A stretch of DNA of 64,000 nucleotides from Candidatus Latescibacterota bacterium (GTDB lineage: Bacteria; Latescibacterota; CBDEFO01), in the NCBI GenBank assembly GCA_965237525.1, contig CBDEFO010000008.1:1807607-1871606 (forward strand). Reading direction: 5' to 3'. Shown one piece after another: positions 9,921-19,217 of the stretch; the stretch's first letter is position 1; each line of letters opens with the position of its first letter. Under the pieces are notes generated by a model, which had not been told where the DNA came from, did not search any database, and saw nothing but the letters and a program-made list of their open reading frames with translations. A program made the translations under genes and the position numbers.

Positions 9921-10931
9921 TTAAGAATTACTGACGCTCGTTAGCTCTTCTAACTTCTCCATCGCCTTTCCAGAATCTATAGCTTCGGCTGCCAGTCTCA
10001 TGCCCTCACCCAGACTATCTGTTAATCCACCTACCAGGATAGCAGCCCCGGCGTTCATTAACACGATGTCTCTTGTCGGCCCCTTTGTCCCGCTCAAAAC
10101 GTCCGTAACTATGCGGGCGTTCTCATGTACTTCGCCGCCCAGAAGGTCTTCCGTCTTAGCCCTCCAAAACCCGAAATCCTCGGGTACGATCTCGTAGCTT
10201 TCCAATGCGCCATCTCTAAACTCGCTCACTTTCGTCCTGTCCGTTATCGTTATCTCATCGAGGCCGTCCATACCGTGAACCACAAGCGCATGCTCCGCGC
10301 CTAAATTTCCCAGAACCTGTGCAATTATGTCAGTCAAATTGCTATCGTAAACACCCACTACCTGCCTTGTCGCCCCAGCAGGATTGGTCAGAGGACCCAG
10401 GATGTTAAAGATGGTCCTTACGCCTATCTCCCTCCTTGGACCTATGGCGTATTTCATAGCTTTGTGCAAGGCGGGGGCAAATAGAAATCCAATGCCCACT
10501 TCATCGAGGCACTCCTCGACCTTCTCTGGCGGAGCCTCTACATTCACTCCCAATTCCTTCAGCACGTCTGCGCTGCCACACTTGGACGACGCTGCCCTGT
10601 TTCCGTGCTTTGCCACACAGAGTCCAGCTCCCGCCGTCACAAAAGCAGCGGTGGTGGATATATTAAATGTCCCCGAACCGTCGCCGCCGGTTCCGCAGGT
10701 ATCCACGACGATTCCGTGCTCAGTCGCTATCTTGATCGCCTTCTCCCTCATAACGGAGGCGCAGCCTGTGATCTCTTCCACAGATTCGCCCTTCAGTCTC
10801 AGTGCCACCAGAAACGCTCCTATCTGAGCGTCGGTCGCCTCCCCCGACATGATCTGATTCATCACGCCACTGGCCTCTTCTCTGGTGAGATCCGCACCGG
10901 CTATAACCTTATTTATGGCATCTCTTATCAA
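9921..10931 (-). CDS. trpD: Anthranilate phosphoribosyltransferase
   Basis: 336-aa ORF with GTGGDGSGTFNISTTAAFV. Confidence 0.9.
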   Translation of the reverse strand: MIRDAINKVIAGADLTREEASGVMNQIMSGEATDAQIGAFLVALRLKGESVEEITGCASVMREKAIKIATEHGIVVDTCGTGGDGSGTFNISTTAAFVTAGAGLCVAKHGNRAASSKCGSADVLKELGVNVEAPPEKVEECLDEVGIGFLFAPALHKAMKYAIGPRREIGVRTIFNILGPLTNPAGATRQVVGVYDSNLTDIIAQVLGNLGAEHALVVHGMDGLDEITITDRTKVSEFRDGALESYEIVPEDFGFWRAKTEDLLGGEVHENARIVTDVLSGTKGPTRDIVLMNAGAAILVGGLTDSLGEGMRLAAEAIDSGKAMEKLEELTSVSNS

Positions 10932-11040
10932 ATCTCCTCCAGTCTACTGAAGAGACAAGAATGTCTGTTCTTCCATCTACTCGGCAAGGCAACCCTTTCG
11001 CAAGAAAGTATGGCGGGTAAGACATTGCTCTTTGACATGG

Positions 11041-11604
11041 CTACGAGCCCAAAAAATTCTTCAACAGTTTTTTCCCCTCTTTGGTCAGGATCGACTCAGG
11101 GTGGAACTGCACTCCTTCCACAGGCATATCCCTGTGTCTTAATCCCATAATCAATCCGTCATCTGTCTCTGCCGACGCCTCCAGACAGTCGGGAAGCGAC
11201 TCCCTTTCGACAATCAGCGAGTGATATCTTGTGGCGGTGAAGGCATTCTCCAAGTCCTTGAATATGGTCTTCCCGTCGTGGTATATCTCGGACGTCTTTC
11301 CGTGCATAAGATAGGGCGCCCTTATCACCTTTCCTCCGAACGCCTGTCCTATAGATTGATGTCCCAGACACACGCCTAAGATCGGCATCTTTCCGCTGAA
11401 GCGTTTGATGAGATCGAGGGATATTCCCGCTTCGTTTGGGGTGCAGGGGCCAGGGGATATGAGTATCTTATTCGGACCCATATTATCTATTTCCTCAAGG
11501 GTGATCTTATCGTTTCTGAAGACCTCAAGTTCCGCCCCTAATTCGCCTAAATACTGAACGAGGTTATATGTAAACGAATCGTAGTTGTCTATCATTAGTA
11601 TCAT
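11041..11604 (-). CDS. trpG: Anthranilate synthase component II (glutamine amidotransferase)
   Basis: 187-aa class I GATase with [15 protein letters not shown] and GVCLGHQ. Confidence 0.88.
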   Translation of the reverse strand: MILMIDNYDSFTYNLVQYLGELGAELEVFRNDKITLEEIDNMGPNKILISPGPCTPNEAGISLDLIKRFSGKMPILGVCLGHQSIGQAFGGKVIRAPYLMHGKTSEIYHDGKTIFKDLENAFTATRYHSLIVERESLPDCLEASAETDDGLIMGLRHRDMPVEGVQFHPESILTKEGKKLLKNFLGS

Positions 11605-11815
11605 AGCTGTTACCCTTGAAGAAAGTAGACAGGTGAGGCTGGATCGTCAGACAAGAATGTCTGACCCACCAGGTTTCACCCACTTGGATTACTGAAGTCC
11701 GAAGCCAAATATCGTCATTGCGACCCCCTGATTGAATCCATCGGGGGCTAAATTGGGGGCAGGAAAGCAATGTCGTAGATAGCAGACAGGGCATTTTCCT
11801 CTCACTGTATGCTGC

Positions 11816-13312
11816 CTAAAGGCCACTGTCGACTGTTATGTCTCCTCTTTCTGCCATCTGGATCGCCTTAATCAGTGCCTTGGCCTTGTTCACTGTCTCG
11901 GCAAATTCATTTTCCGGCATGGAATCTGCCACTATTCCGCCTCCTGCCTGAATGTAGGCATTACCGTCTTTGGCAACAAGGGTTCTTATGGAGATGCAGG
12001 TATCTAAGTTTCCTGAGAAGTCCAAATATCCCACAGCTCCCCCGTAGACGCCTCTCCTTGTCGGCTCCATCTCGTCTATTATCTCCATCGCCCTTATCTT
12101 AGGCGCTCCTGTCAGGGTCCCCGCAGGGAAGCACGCAAAGAGGGCGTCCAACTCATCGAAGCCATCCCTTAATTTCCCCTTCACGTTAGACACGATGTGC
12201 ATAACGTGCGAATATCTCTCCACCCTCATCTGCTCGGTCACTTCGACAGAACTGTACCTGCTGACTCGTCCGATGTCGTTCCTCCCCAGATCGAGCAACA
12301 TAAGGTGCTCTGCCAACTCTTTTTCATCTGACAGGAGTTCTCTTTCGAGCTTTCGATCTTCCTCTTCGTTTTCGCCCCTTTTTCTTGTTCCAGCGATAGG
12401 ACGCGTTGTCACAATGCCGTCCTCCACTCTCACCAGAAGCTCAGGAGATGCCCCCACAATTGCCAGACCATCCATCGAAATGTGGAACATATAAGGAGAC
12501 GGATTGACGATCCTCAGCATCCTGTAAATTTCAAACGGATCAACGGATATCTCAGTCTGAAAGCGTTGAGATATGACTACCTGAACGATGTCTCCGGCCA
12601 AAATGTACTCCTTGCACCTTAATACCCTGTCTTTATAATCCTCCTTTTTAAGGTTGGACACGACTTCACAGTGTCCTTTTCCCGCACGAGGAACGCCATC
12701 CACCGATTTTGACAGCGCATTTTCCAACTTTGCAATCACTTTTATGGCAGCATCGTATTTGTCCCTCAAATCCCCTTCGGAATCCACACGGACATTGGAG
12801 ATCAAGATGATCTTATGAGCGATATTATCGAAAGCAAGGATACTATCGAAAAATAGAAACACTATATCATCCAAATTCAGGTCGTCTATGTTGTCGTCGG
12901 GGATATCCTCCACTAACCTTACCCCATCGTAAGCCACGTATCCCACTGCGCCGCCTGTGAACCTCGGCAGTCCCCTTAGATGAACGCCCCTGTGTCCCTC
13001 AACTAACTTTCTCAACTCTTTGATAGGGTCAGCCCTATACTCCTCCCTCATCCCTGAGGATTGATCTTCTATAACTACCCTTTTGCCCCTTGATCGGAAT
13101 ATCTTAAATGGCCCCACGCCCAAAAAAGAATACCTTGCTATCTTCTCACCGCCCTCCACGCTTTCTAAGAGGAACGAATATTTGCTGTGATGGCGTATCT
13201 TCAAATAGGCCGAAACCGGGGTCTCAGTGTCCGCCAGGATCTCCTTGAACACGGGGACTATATTAGCCTTGGAGGCAAGCCCTTCGAAATCCTCATAACT
13301 TGGTTCTATCAC
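11816..13312 (-). CDS. trpE: Anthranilate synthase component I
   Basis: 498-aa ORF with LLESVEGG and chorismate-binding C-terminal motifs. It has a GTG start with an AAGAAGGAA ribosome-binding site 8 nt upstream. Confidence 0.9.
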   Translation of the reverse strand: MIEPSYEDFEGLASKANIVPVFKEILADTETPVSAYLKIRHHSKYSFLLESVEGGEKIARYSFLGVGPFKIFRSRGKRVVIEDQSSGMREEYRADPIKELRKLVEGHRGVHLRGLPRFTGGAVGYVAYDGVRLVEDIPDDNIDDLNLDDIVFLFFDSILAFDNIAHKIILISNVRVDSEGDLRDKYDAAIKVIAKLENALSKSVDGVPRAGKGHCEVVSNLKKEDYKDRVLRCKEYILAGDIVQVVISQRFQTEISVDPFEIYRMLRIVNPSPYMFHISMDGLAIVGASPELLVRVEDGIVTTRPIAGTRKRGENEEEDRKLERELLSDEKELAEHLMLLDLGRNDIGRVSRYSSVEVTEQMRVERYSHVMHIVSNVKGKLRDGFDELDALFACFPAGTLTGAPKIRAMEIIDEMEPTRRGVYGGAVGYLDFSGNLDTCISIRTLVAKDGNAYIQAGGGIVADSMPENEFAETVNKAKALIKAIQMAERGDITVDSGL

Positions 13313-13473
13313 AGCAAAGTTCCTTCTTTATGAGTGGACAGTAGCATCTCGTAGAGGGCTAGTTATCCTACAAAATCAATGTAGTCCTGGGTTACCCATC
13401 GCTTGGCGCGAGGAAACCTCGCCCCAACAGGCAGGACAGACACTCGGGTCTGCCCCTACTTCTTTATATCAAG

Positions 13474-14847
13474 CTATCTATGCCTGACAGTATACTGCAG
13501 TTTCTCCTCTCCTCCCGCCTTCACAGGAACCTTAAACTCCAGGGTCTGAGCGTCCTTCCTCTTAAAATCGTGAGACTTTTTGGGTATCTCCCAAAAACCC
13601 CATATGTGCTCTACCACTACGACCTCTATGTCTTCGTCCTTATGATTCCTTAAGGTTATCCCCACATCTTCGTCATAAATCCTATCTGTGATCTTCCTTC
13701 TATTTGCGACTATCCTCTCGCCTACAACGTCAAACGCATCGCCTAATATCAGCCGAACCTCTTCATCCAGGGGCGTATGATCTATCTTATCCTCCCCGAT
13801 GAACTCCAGCGCCTCGTCCACATCTTTTTTGTAGACCCTCACTTTGCCGCCCGGAAGCGCCATCCCCAGTCCCGCTTTTTCGCTGTTTTTGAATTCTAAC
13901 TTCACCTTAACCTTTTTATCGTCTCTTGTTCCATCGTAGTAATAGACCTTTCTGGATTCCACCTCTGTGTTGGGAAATAGAGAAAGCTGTTTGATCTGAT
14001 TATCTTTGATAGTGGTCTTCCTGTCCAAAGAGTACAGGTGATACTCGAAAAAGGCCCTCTCCTCGAACTGAGGGACAGCGACCTTTGCCATAACCTCGAA
14101 ACGCCTCCTCCTGAACTCAAGCTTCTCCTTGACCCTGTGTACATCCCCCGCCACAAGCTTGACTTGCGCGTCCTTGTAATCCGTCCCGGAGCGATTGTCT
14201 ATCGTCACCCATCCCCCCAACTCGGTCTTCTTCTCATCTTTTCCCACAACGGCCACGTACTCAGCGTGCCATTCGATTCCCGATGTCAGGTAACTTATCT
14301 CCCCTGAATGTTCGCCGGCCTTATCCGACTCCAAGAGCCACACTAAAGTCGGCTTTGTGATCAGTTCTACACCCTCGATCTGCTGCAATTGGATATTCTC
14401 AATCGTCTCTAATTTAACTATCCTGATCTGGTCTACCCCCATCAACACAATATCCCCGTCCTTGAAGCTGATCAGCGTGCCCTCGTGGAGGTTTTCTCCC
14501 TTTGCTAAAATGCTAACGTTTCTGTCCAGGTACTTCTCCAGGATCTTCATAGGACTAGATAGGTCGTATTCATAATTCTGTTCTAATATAGCCACTCCAT
14601 CGGGATCGGTAAGCGATTTAAAATGCACAGATGTGGGGTCTATGCTCGAAGCTACATCTGAAAACTTTACCAGGTTTGCCCCTTTCTCTAACTCTATCTT
14701 CCTTACCTCTTTGACCAACGCCAAGTCCTGATTGTAAACTGTCAGCGCTGTCGTCTCGTTTTGGGACTCTCCGGTTCCGCAGAAAAAGTGTAGCGATAAG
14801 AGTACCGCTGCAACGCGGAGTGGTCGCACCACTATCAAAGCACTCAT
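13474..14847 (-). CDS. Secreted hypothetical protein, DUF4139/DUF4140-like
   Basis: 457-aa ORF with an N-terminal signal peptide (MSALIVVRPLRVAAVLLSLHFFCGTG). TVYNQDLALVKE resembles the DUF4140 N-terminal region. The family assignment comes from memory and was not computed. Confidence 0.4.
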   Translation of the reverse strand: MSALIVVRPLRVAAVLLSLHFFCGTGESQNETTALTVYNQDLALVKEVRKIELEKGANLVKFSDVASSIDPTSVHFKSLTDPDGVAILEQNYEYDLSSPMKILEKYLDRNVSILAKGENLHEGTLISFKDGDIVLMGVDQIRIVKLETIENIQLQQIEGVELITKPTLVWLLESDKAGEHSGEISYLTSGIEWHAEYVAVVGKDEKKTELGGWVTIDNRSGTDYKDAQVKLVAGDVHRVKEKLEFRRRRFEVMAKVAVPQFEERAFFEYHLYSLDRKTTIKDNQIKQLSLFPNTEVESRKVYYYDGTRDDKKVKVKLEFKNSEKAGLGMALPGGKVRVYKKDVDEALEFIGEDKIDHTPLDEEVRLILGDAFDVVGERIVANRRKITDRIYDEDVGITLRNHKDEDIEVVVVEHIWGFWEIPKKSHDFKRKDAQTLEFKVPVKAGGEEKLQYTVRHR

Positions 14848-14936
14848 AGCTGTATGCCCTCTAAAACGATGTTAGTCGAAGTCTTTTATAAACTTAACAT
14901 AACATTCCTGATACACAGTTGTCAAGGGAAATCAAC

Positions 14937-14977
14937 AAAAAAGCCGCAGGCATTCCAGTTATGCCCACGGCTTTTTA
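14937..14977. terminator. Bidirectional Rho-independent terminator hairpin
   Basis: aaaaaGCCGcAGGCATtccagttATGCCcaCGGCttttt has A- and T-runs on both sides. It lies downstream of the minus-strand gene ending at 15227. Confidence 0.55.
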
Positions 14978-15226
14978 TCTTCTGCTATATATACAGCTAT
15001 CTTAACTTACGAGCCATGGACATATTCCTCCCCAGCTATACCAGCGGCTGTAATAAATTCCGTAGAAAGGGAGTGAAAATGTCATCAGGCTCTCCTTTTT
15101 CTCCAATGCCGTCCAAATTTGCTCTTTGACTGTGTGTTGCACTAGATATATAATAATCAATATCTGCCGCTTTGTCAAGGGGAACAGTATGAAGTTATAT
15201 TCACCATAACCACATCTGATAATTTA

Positions 15227-16585
15227 TTATTTATTTTTATATAAAACTATTACCCTTCTGATATTTTCTAAATTTGTCATAGTTCCAATTAAAATAAGAG
15301 TTAAGAGGGGCTGATTTATTAAGGCACCTACAAAAATAATAAATGTTCTAACATCACGACGTATTCTGAATGAAAAATCTTTTGAACCAATTCTTCTATT
15401 CAGCAGTCTATTCCTCAAACTATAATACTTGTCTGCAGTATAACTGTTCATAAAAGATCCCATTATTGCCAAAAAACCAATCGCAATGTACAAGAAATTA
15501 TTATTCAAGAGATAAACATAATAAGTTAAACTAAATAAAAGAAATCCATCAGCATATCTATCCAATACTGCGTCAAACCATCCACCGAATGTCGTAGCTT
15601 GGAATGTTAGTCTTGCTACTTCACCATCACAGCCATCAACGATTGATGAGATTTGCGCAAGAATTCCGCCAATAACTAAATTAACATACCCACCTAAAAA
15701 GAAGAAATATGCACCCAACATAGAGATGATAAAAGGAAAAAAAGAAATAGAATTTGGACTTATGCTAGTTTTTACAAGATACTTTGAAATAATAATTGAT
15801 ATAGGCCTATTTAAATACCTTGAAACAGGACCATCGGAAGTTTTTTTCAGATTAGTAATAAGCTTGTCGGATGCTTTTTTTAAATCGTCCTGCGTATCTA
15901 TATCTGTCCACCAAAGCTCGATGTTTTTTCTCATCTTTGAGGGGTAACTTTCGATCTTGGTAATATCAAATATCTCAGCGTCTCCATTTTTGGCGGCTTT
16001 TTTGATACTGTCCCTAAGTTCTCCTTTTTTCTCATTTGCCGCCTCTTCTATATAAGAAAATATCTTCGGTGAACATAAAAAGATGCCCGTATCTACGCAG
16101 TTTGACTCCCTTATGTTCTTGCCTATATCGACGATCTTCCCATTTCTTTCCAGGACTTTCGTATCCTCTTTGCACGGCTCTTTTCTATCGACTGCTAAAA
16201 CCACAGAACTTTTCATATCACATTTTACAAGTTCATTTAAGATACGATCATCAAAGATATGGTCTGACATCAACAGGACAAAGTTCTCATTCAACGCCTC
16301 TTTGGCCTTTAAAACGGAGGCTCCATTTTCTTCCTTTTGCCATTCTTTATTCTGAATATAATCTATTTTTACTCCGAGTCTCTCTCCGTCTCCTAACTTT
16401 TCTTTTATTTTGTCCCCACGATAACCGACAACTATCAAAAATTCGTGAATATCCGCTTGTTTTGCAGTTAATACTGTTCTTTCAATCAATGATAAACCTA
16501 AGAGTTGGATTAGCGGTTTTGGTTTATCTGTAGTTAGATCGCCTAATCTACCACCGTCCCCAGCGGCTATTATCAACGCTTCCAT
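15227..16585 (-). CDS. Bifunctional nucleotidyltransferase / CDP-alcohol phosphatidyltransferase (IPCT/DIPPS-like); strongly AT-rich
   Basis: The N-terminus (ALIIAAGDGGRLGDLTTDKPKPL) is a sugar- or inositol-phosphate cytidylyltransferase fold. The C-terminal membrane domain carries the CDP-OH phosphotransferase signature DGcDGevARltfqattfGGwfDavlDryaD. Gene GC is far below that of its neighbours. Confidence 0.55.
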   Translation of the reverse strand: MEALIIAAGDGGRLGDLTTDKPKPLIQLLGLSLIERTVLTAKQADIHEFLIVVGYRGDKIKEKLGDGERLGVKIDYIQNKEWQKEENGASVLKAKEALNENFVLLMSDHIFDDRILNELVKCDMKSSVVLAVDRKEPCKEDTKVLERNGKIVDIGKNIRESNCVDTGIFLCSPKIFSYIEEAANEKKGELRDSIKKAAKNGDAEIFDITKIESYPSKMRKNIELWWTDIDTQDDLKKASDKLITNLKKTSDGPVSRYLNRPISIIISKYLVKTSISPNSISFFPFIISMLGAYFFFLGGYVNLVIGGILAQISSIVDGCDGEVARLTFQATTFGGWFDAVLDRYADGFLLFSLTYYVYLLNNNFLYIAIGFLAIMGSFMNSYTADKYYSLRNRLLNRRIGSKDFSFRIRRDVRTFIIFVGALINQPLLTLILIGTMTNLENIRRVIVLYKNK

Positions 16586-17087
16586 ACTTGTCCTCCTTCA
16601 AGCCTTTCAAAATATTCCTCTGATTCTTATAGGAAGATACGAAATGAGGTGTTTGATGTCAATAGAGACTGGGGGGAATAATCCGTTGGCCAATCTTTTT
16701 TTCTCCTCTCAACGACTACTCATTGTCCTCCCTGACTTCCCATGGAACACTCTCGACGGCGGTTCTCTGAACTCTACAGAGGGTATCCTTGCAGAGTATA
16801 GGGCACTACCCAATCCTCTTCAATCTCCAGGCCGAAATCTCCAGGCCGAATCCCGGTCCGTCAGTTGGGACGATATAGCTGTCTAATGGACTCCGGTAAA
16901 ACTCTCTTCCCAATCCCCACATCTGGTCTTCGACCGTCACCTTCACCCAGACATCTCCGAACTTGGACGTCCAGCTTCGTTGGCGTCTCTTGCACGTGGG
17001 ATACCTCGACAGGGGAGTTGGGACCTCGGAGTCTTCCGCTCAGAACGTACACCTCAGCTATCTCATTGGTCCTTCTCATGGAGAGCC

Positions 17088-18008
17088 TTAACGTTCACTG
17101 TCTCTATCTTCTTGATCTTCCTTATTCTCTCCTTGCCTTGTTAATGTCTGGATGAACCTCTCAGCCGGAACAGTAAGGACTTTTCCCCTTTTATGGATGA
17201 TTCCAAGCGGTCGCTTGAACCTCTTATCTTTGAAATCTATCGCCTTGAGCGTACCGTGCTGGATCTCCTTCTCCACCGTTACCGATGGGACAATGGACAC
17301 TCCTGAGTCAGCTTCAACGGCATGCTTTAGCGTCTCCACATTATCGATCTCCATGGTAATCTCAACTTGAACCTTATGGTCTTTCAGGATCTTGTCCACC
17401 ACCCTCCTTGTGGGAGTGTCCTTCTCGAACGCCACGAATCTCTGTCCCTGCAACATCTCCACGTCTAACTTATCAAATCTTGATAGAGCATGGTCGGGAT
17501 TGGATATGACCACTAACTCATCCTCCTTAAAAGGAATTATCTCGATCCCGCCTTTTCTGACCGGATAGACTACTATCCCCAAATCGATCTTGTTATTTAT
17601 CACGTTTTCGTATATCTGATCTGCCCGGTCGTAATCCAGGATCACGTCTACCTGAGGATACCTCCTGAAAAATGTCTTCAGATACGATGAAAGCTCGTGT
17701 ATCCCAACGCTGTATATAGCCTCCATCTTTATTGTCCCTGTAACCACGCCCGATAGCTCTTGAAGCGCAGCTTCCAGCTCATCGTATCTTTGAACTATAT
17801 CCTTACACCCCTTATAGAAAATCTCCCCCGCAGGAGTCAAATTCAGACCGCGTTTTCCTCTCTCCACAAGCTTATGACCGAACGCCTCCTCAGCCTTCTT
17901 TAACTGCTGACTTACAGCCGACTGGGAGATGAAATTGCTGCTTGCGGCCCTGGAAAAGCTTCCGCTCTCGACCAGATCGCAGAAGATCTTCAGACTCTCT
18001 ATAAGCAT
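17088..18008 (-). CDS. LysR-family transcriptional regulator
   Basis: 306-aa ORF with an N-terminal HTH (LKIFCDLVESGSFSRAASSNFISQSAVSQQLKKAEEAFG) and a C-terminal substrate-binding domain. Confidence 0.85.
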   Translation of the reverse strand: MLIESLKIFCDLVESGSFSRAASSNFISQSAVSQQLKKAEEAFGHKLVERGKRGLNLTPAGEIFYKGCKDIVQRYDELEAALQELSGVVTGTIKMEAIYSVGIHELSSYLKTFFRRYPQVDVILDYDRADQIYENVINNKIDLGIVVYPVRKGGIEIIPFKEDELVVISNPDHALSRFDKLDVEMLQGQRFVAFEKDTPTRRVVDKILKDHKVQVEITMEIDNVETLKHAVEADSGVSIVPSVTVEKEIQHGTLKAIDFKDKRFKRPLGIIHKRGKVLTVPAERFIQTLTRQGENKEDQEDRDSER

Positions 18009-18227
18009 CGTTAAGCACCTATTTCTAAGCGTATTTAAAGCGCGCTATAGCTCTACATTTGGGCTAATAGTGTCAGACTCTAAGGGATCGCCTAATATTA
18101 GTTTACTTAATAATAAGTATTAAATCAATTAATTTGACTTATAATACCAATTATGATAACTTTATTTATAAGCAATACAGAGAGCGGACACTTCAAACCT
18201 TAAATAATATAGAAGAGGTGAAAAACT

Positions 18228-18323
18228 GTGAAATCACACATGCTGATAGAGCATATAAGCCTGGTTGCACTTATATCAGCGTTTGCGCTGTATGCCTTCC
18301 ACAGCGTTGCTGTCTTGTTCTAG
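18228..18323 (+). CDS. Small hydrophobic peptide, paralog A (31 codons from GTG: VKSHMLIEHISLVALISAFALYAFHSVAVLF)
   Basis: A GAGGTG ribosome-binding site sits 7 nt upstream of the GTG. A terminator-like hairpin, GCTCCGgcccttgggtCGGAGC followed by ttttccatttt, follows the gene. Two further paralogs lie downstream. Confidence 0.5.
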   Translation: MKSHMLIEHISLVALISAFALYAFHSVAVLF

Positions 18324-18469
18324 TGCATAAGGCTTCAACGCCAATCTTACAGAAGGTGGGAAGCTCCGGCCCTTGGGTCGGAGCTTTTCCATTTTCTCTC
18401 CCACACCTTCCGTAGAGTATCCTCCTGCTGGTTTCAAGTTCAGAACGTTTTTCCTCTCTACACAGCGTA

Positions 18470-18612
18470 ATACCGAACGCCTTCTGTATATTCTTTATCT
18501 GCTGACTGACAGCCGACTGGGAGACGATATTGCTGGTTGGCGCCCTGGAAAAGCTTCCGCTCTCGACCAGATCGCAGAAGATCGTCAGACTCTCTATAAG
18601 CATCATAAGCAT
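18470..18612 (-). pseudogene. Truncated duplicate of the LysR regulator 5' end (HTH fragment)
   Basis: Encodes MLIESLTIFCDLVESGSFSRAPTSNIVSQSAVSQQIKNIQKAFG and then degenerates. The nucleotide sequence is a diverged copy of 17881-18008. A third, more degraded copy lies at about 19370-19480. Confidence 0.7.
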
Positions 18613-18935
18613 CTTTAGGTGCTAATTCCAATATGAAATGTACAGTGCCGCCATATTTTCATAATGAAATGTTTCTATTGCATTGCGCATCTACAAGCGC
18701 GGTATGACTCGATATTCAGGTGATTACCATAAGTAAACTAAAGGGATGTAACTCTATGTTATTAAACTATTTGCTCTGACGAGATATAAGGAATAGAATA
18801 TGACCTTTTACGATTAGAGGCTGCTGTTCAACCGTCGGCACAAATGTTGCTCAACATAGCTATTACACGGTACAAAAAAGACGGTACAAAACACAGACAA
18901 TTCAAACTTTAAATCATTAAGGGAGGTGAAAGACA

Positions 18936-19031
18936 GTGAAATTACTAATGCTGATAGAAGGTATAAGTCTGATTGTGGCAATAGCAGCGTTTGAGATGTA
19001 TGCCTACGACAGCATCTCTGCCCTGTTCTAA
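18936..19031 (+). CDS. Small hydrophobic peptide, paralog B (VKLLMLIEGISLIVAIAAFEMYAYDSISALF)
   Basis: A GGGAGGTG ribosome-binding site sits 6 nt upstream of the GTG. Upstream the motif cagacaattcaaactttaaatcat is conserved. Confidence 0.5.
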   Translation: MKLLMLIEGISLIVAIAAFEMYAYDSISALF

Positions 19032-19121
19032 CCCATCAGGGTTGTAGATTGCTCTAATATTATTGAGCTGCACGAAGCACAGACAATTCAACTTTAAATC
19101 ATAGAAAGGGGGTGAAAAACT

Positions 19122-19217
19122 GTGAAATCACAGATGCTGATAGAGCATACAAGCCTGGTTGCACTTATATCAGCGTTTGAGATGTATGCCTACAACAGCG
19201 TCGCTGCCTTGTTCTAA
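19122..19217 (+). CDS. Small hydrophobic peptide, paralog C (VKSQMLIEHTSLVALISAFEMYAYNSVAALF)
   Basis: A GGGGGTG ribosome-binding site precedes the GTG. It is followed by the same terminator hairpin as paralog A. Confidence 0.5.
   Translation: MKSQMLIEHTSLVALISAFEMYAYNSVAALF

Noticed and set aside
13313-13473. T-box riboswitch, TRAP-binding triplet array or trp leader peptide upstream of trpE
   Set aside because: There is no AGGGUGGNACCGCG-like T-box core, no periodic (G/U)AG triplets, and no short ORF with tandem Trp codons. Only two GC hairpins are present.
16586-17087. ORFs 16644..16886(+), 16861..17079(-) and 16865..17155(+) between the DIPPS-like gene and the LysR gene
   Set aside because: They are mutually overlapping and low-complexity, and contain a short tandem (atctccaggccga x2). 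They have no ribosome-binding sites or domain signatures, so they are treated as intergenic or degraded DNA.
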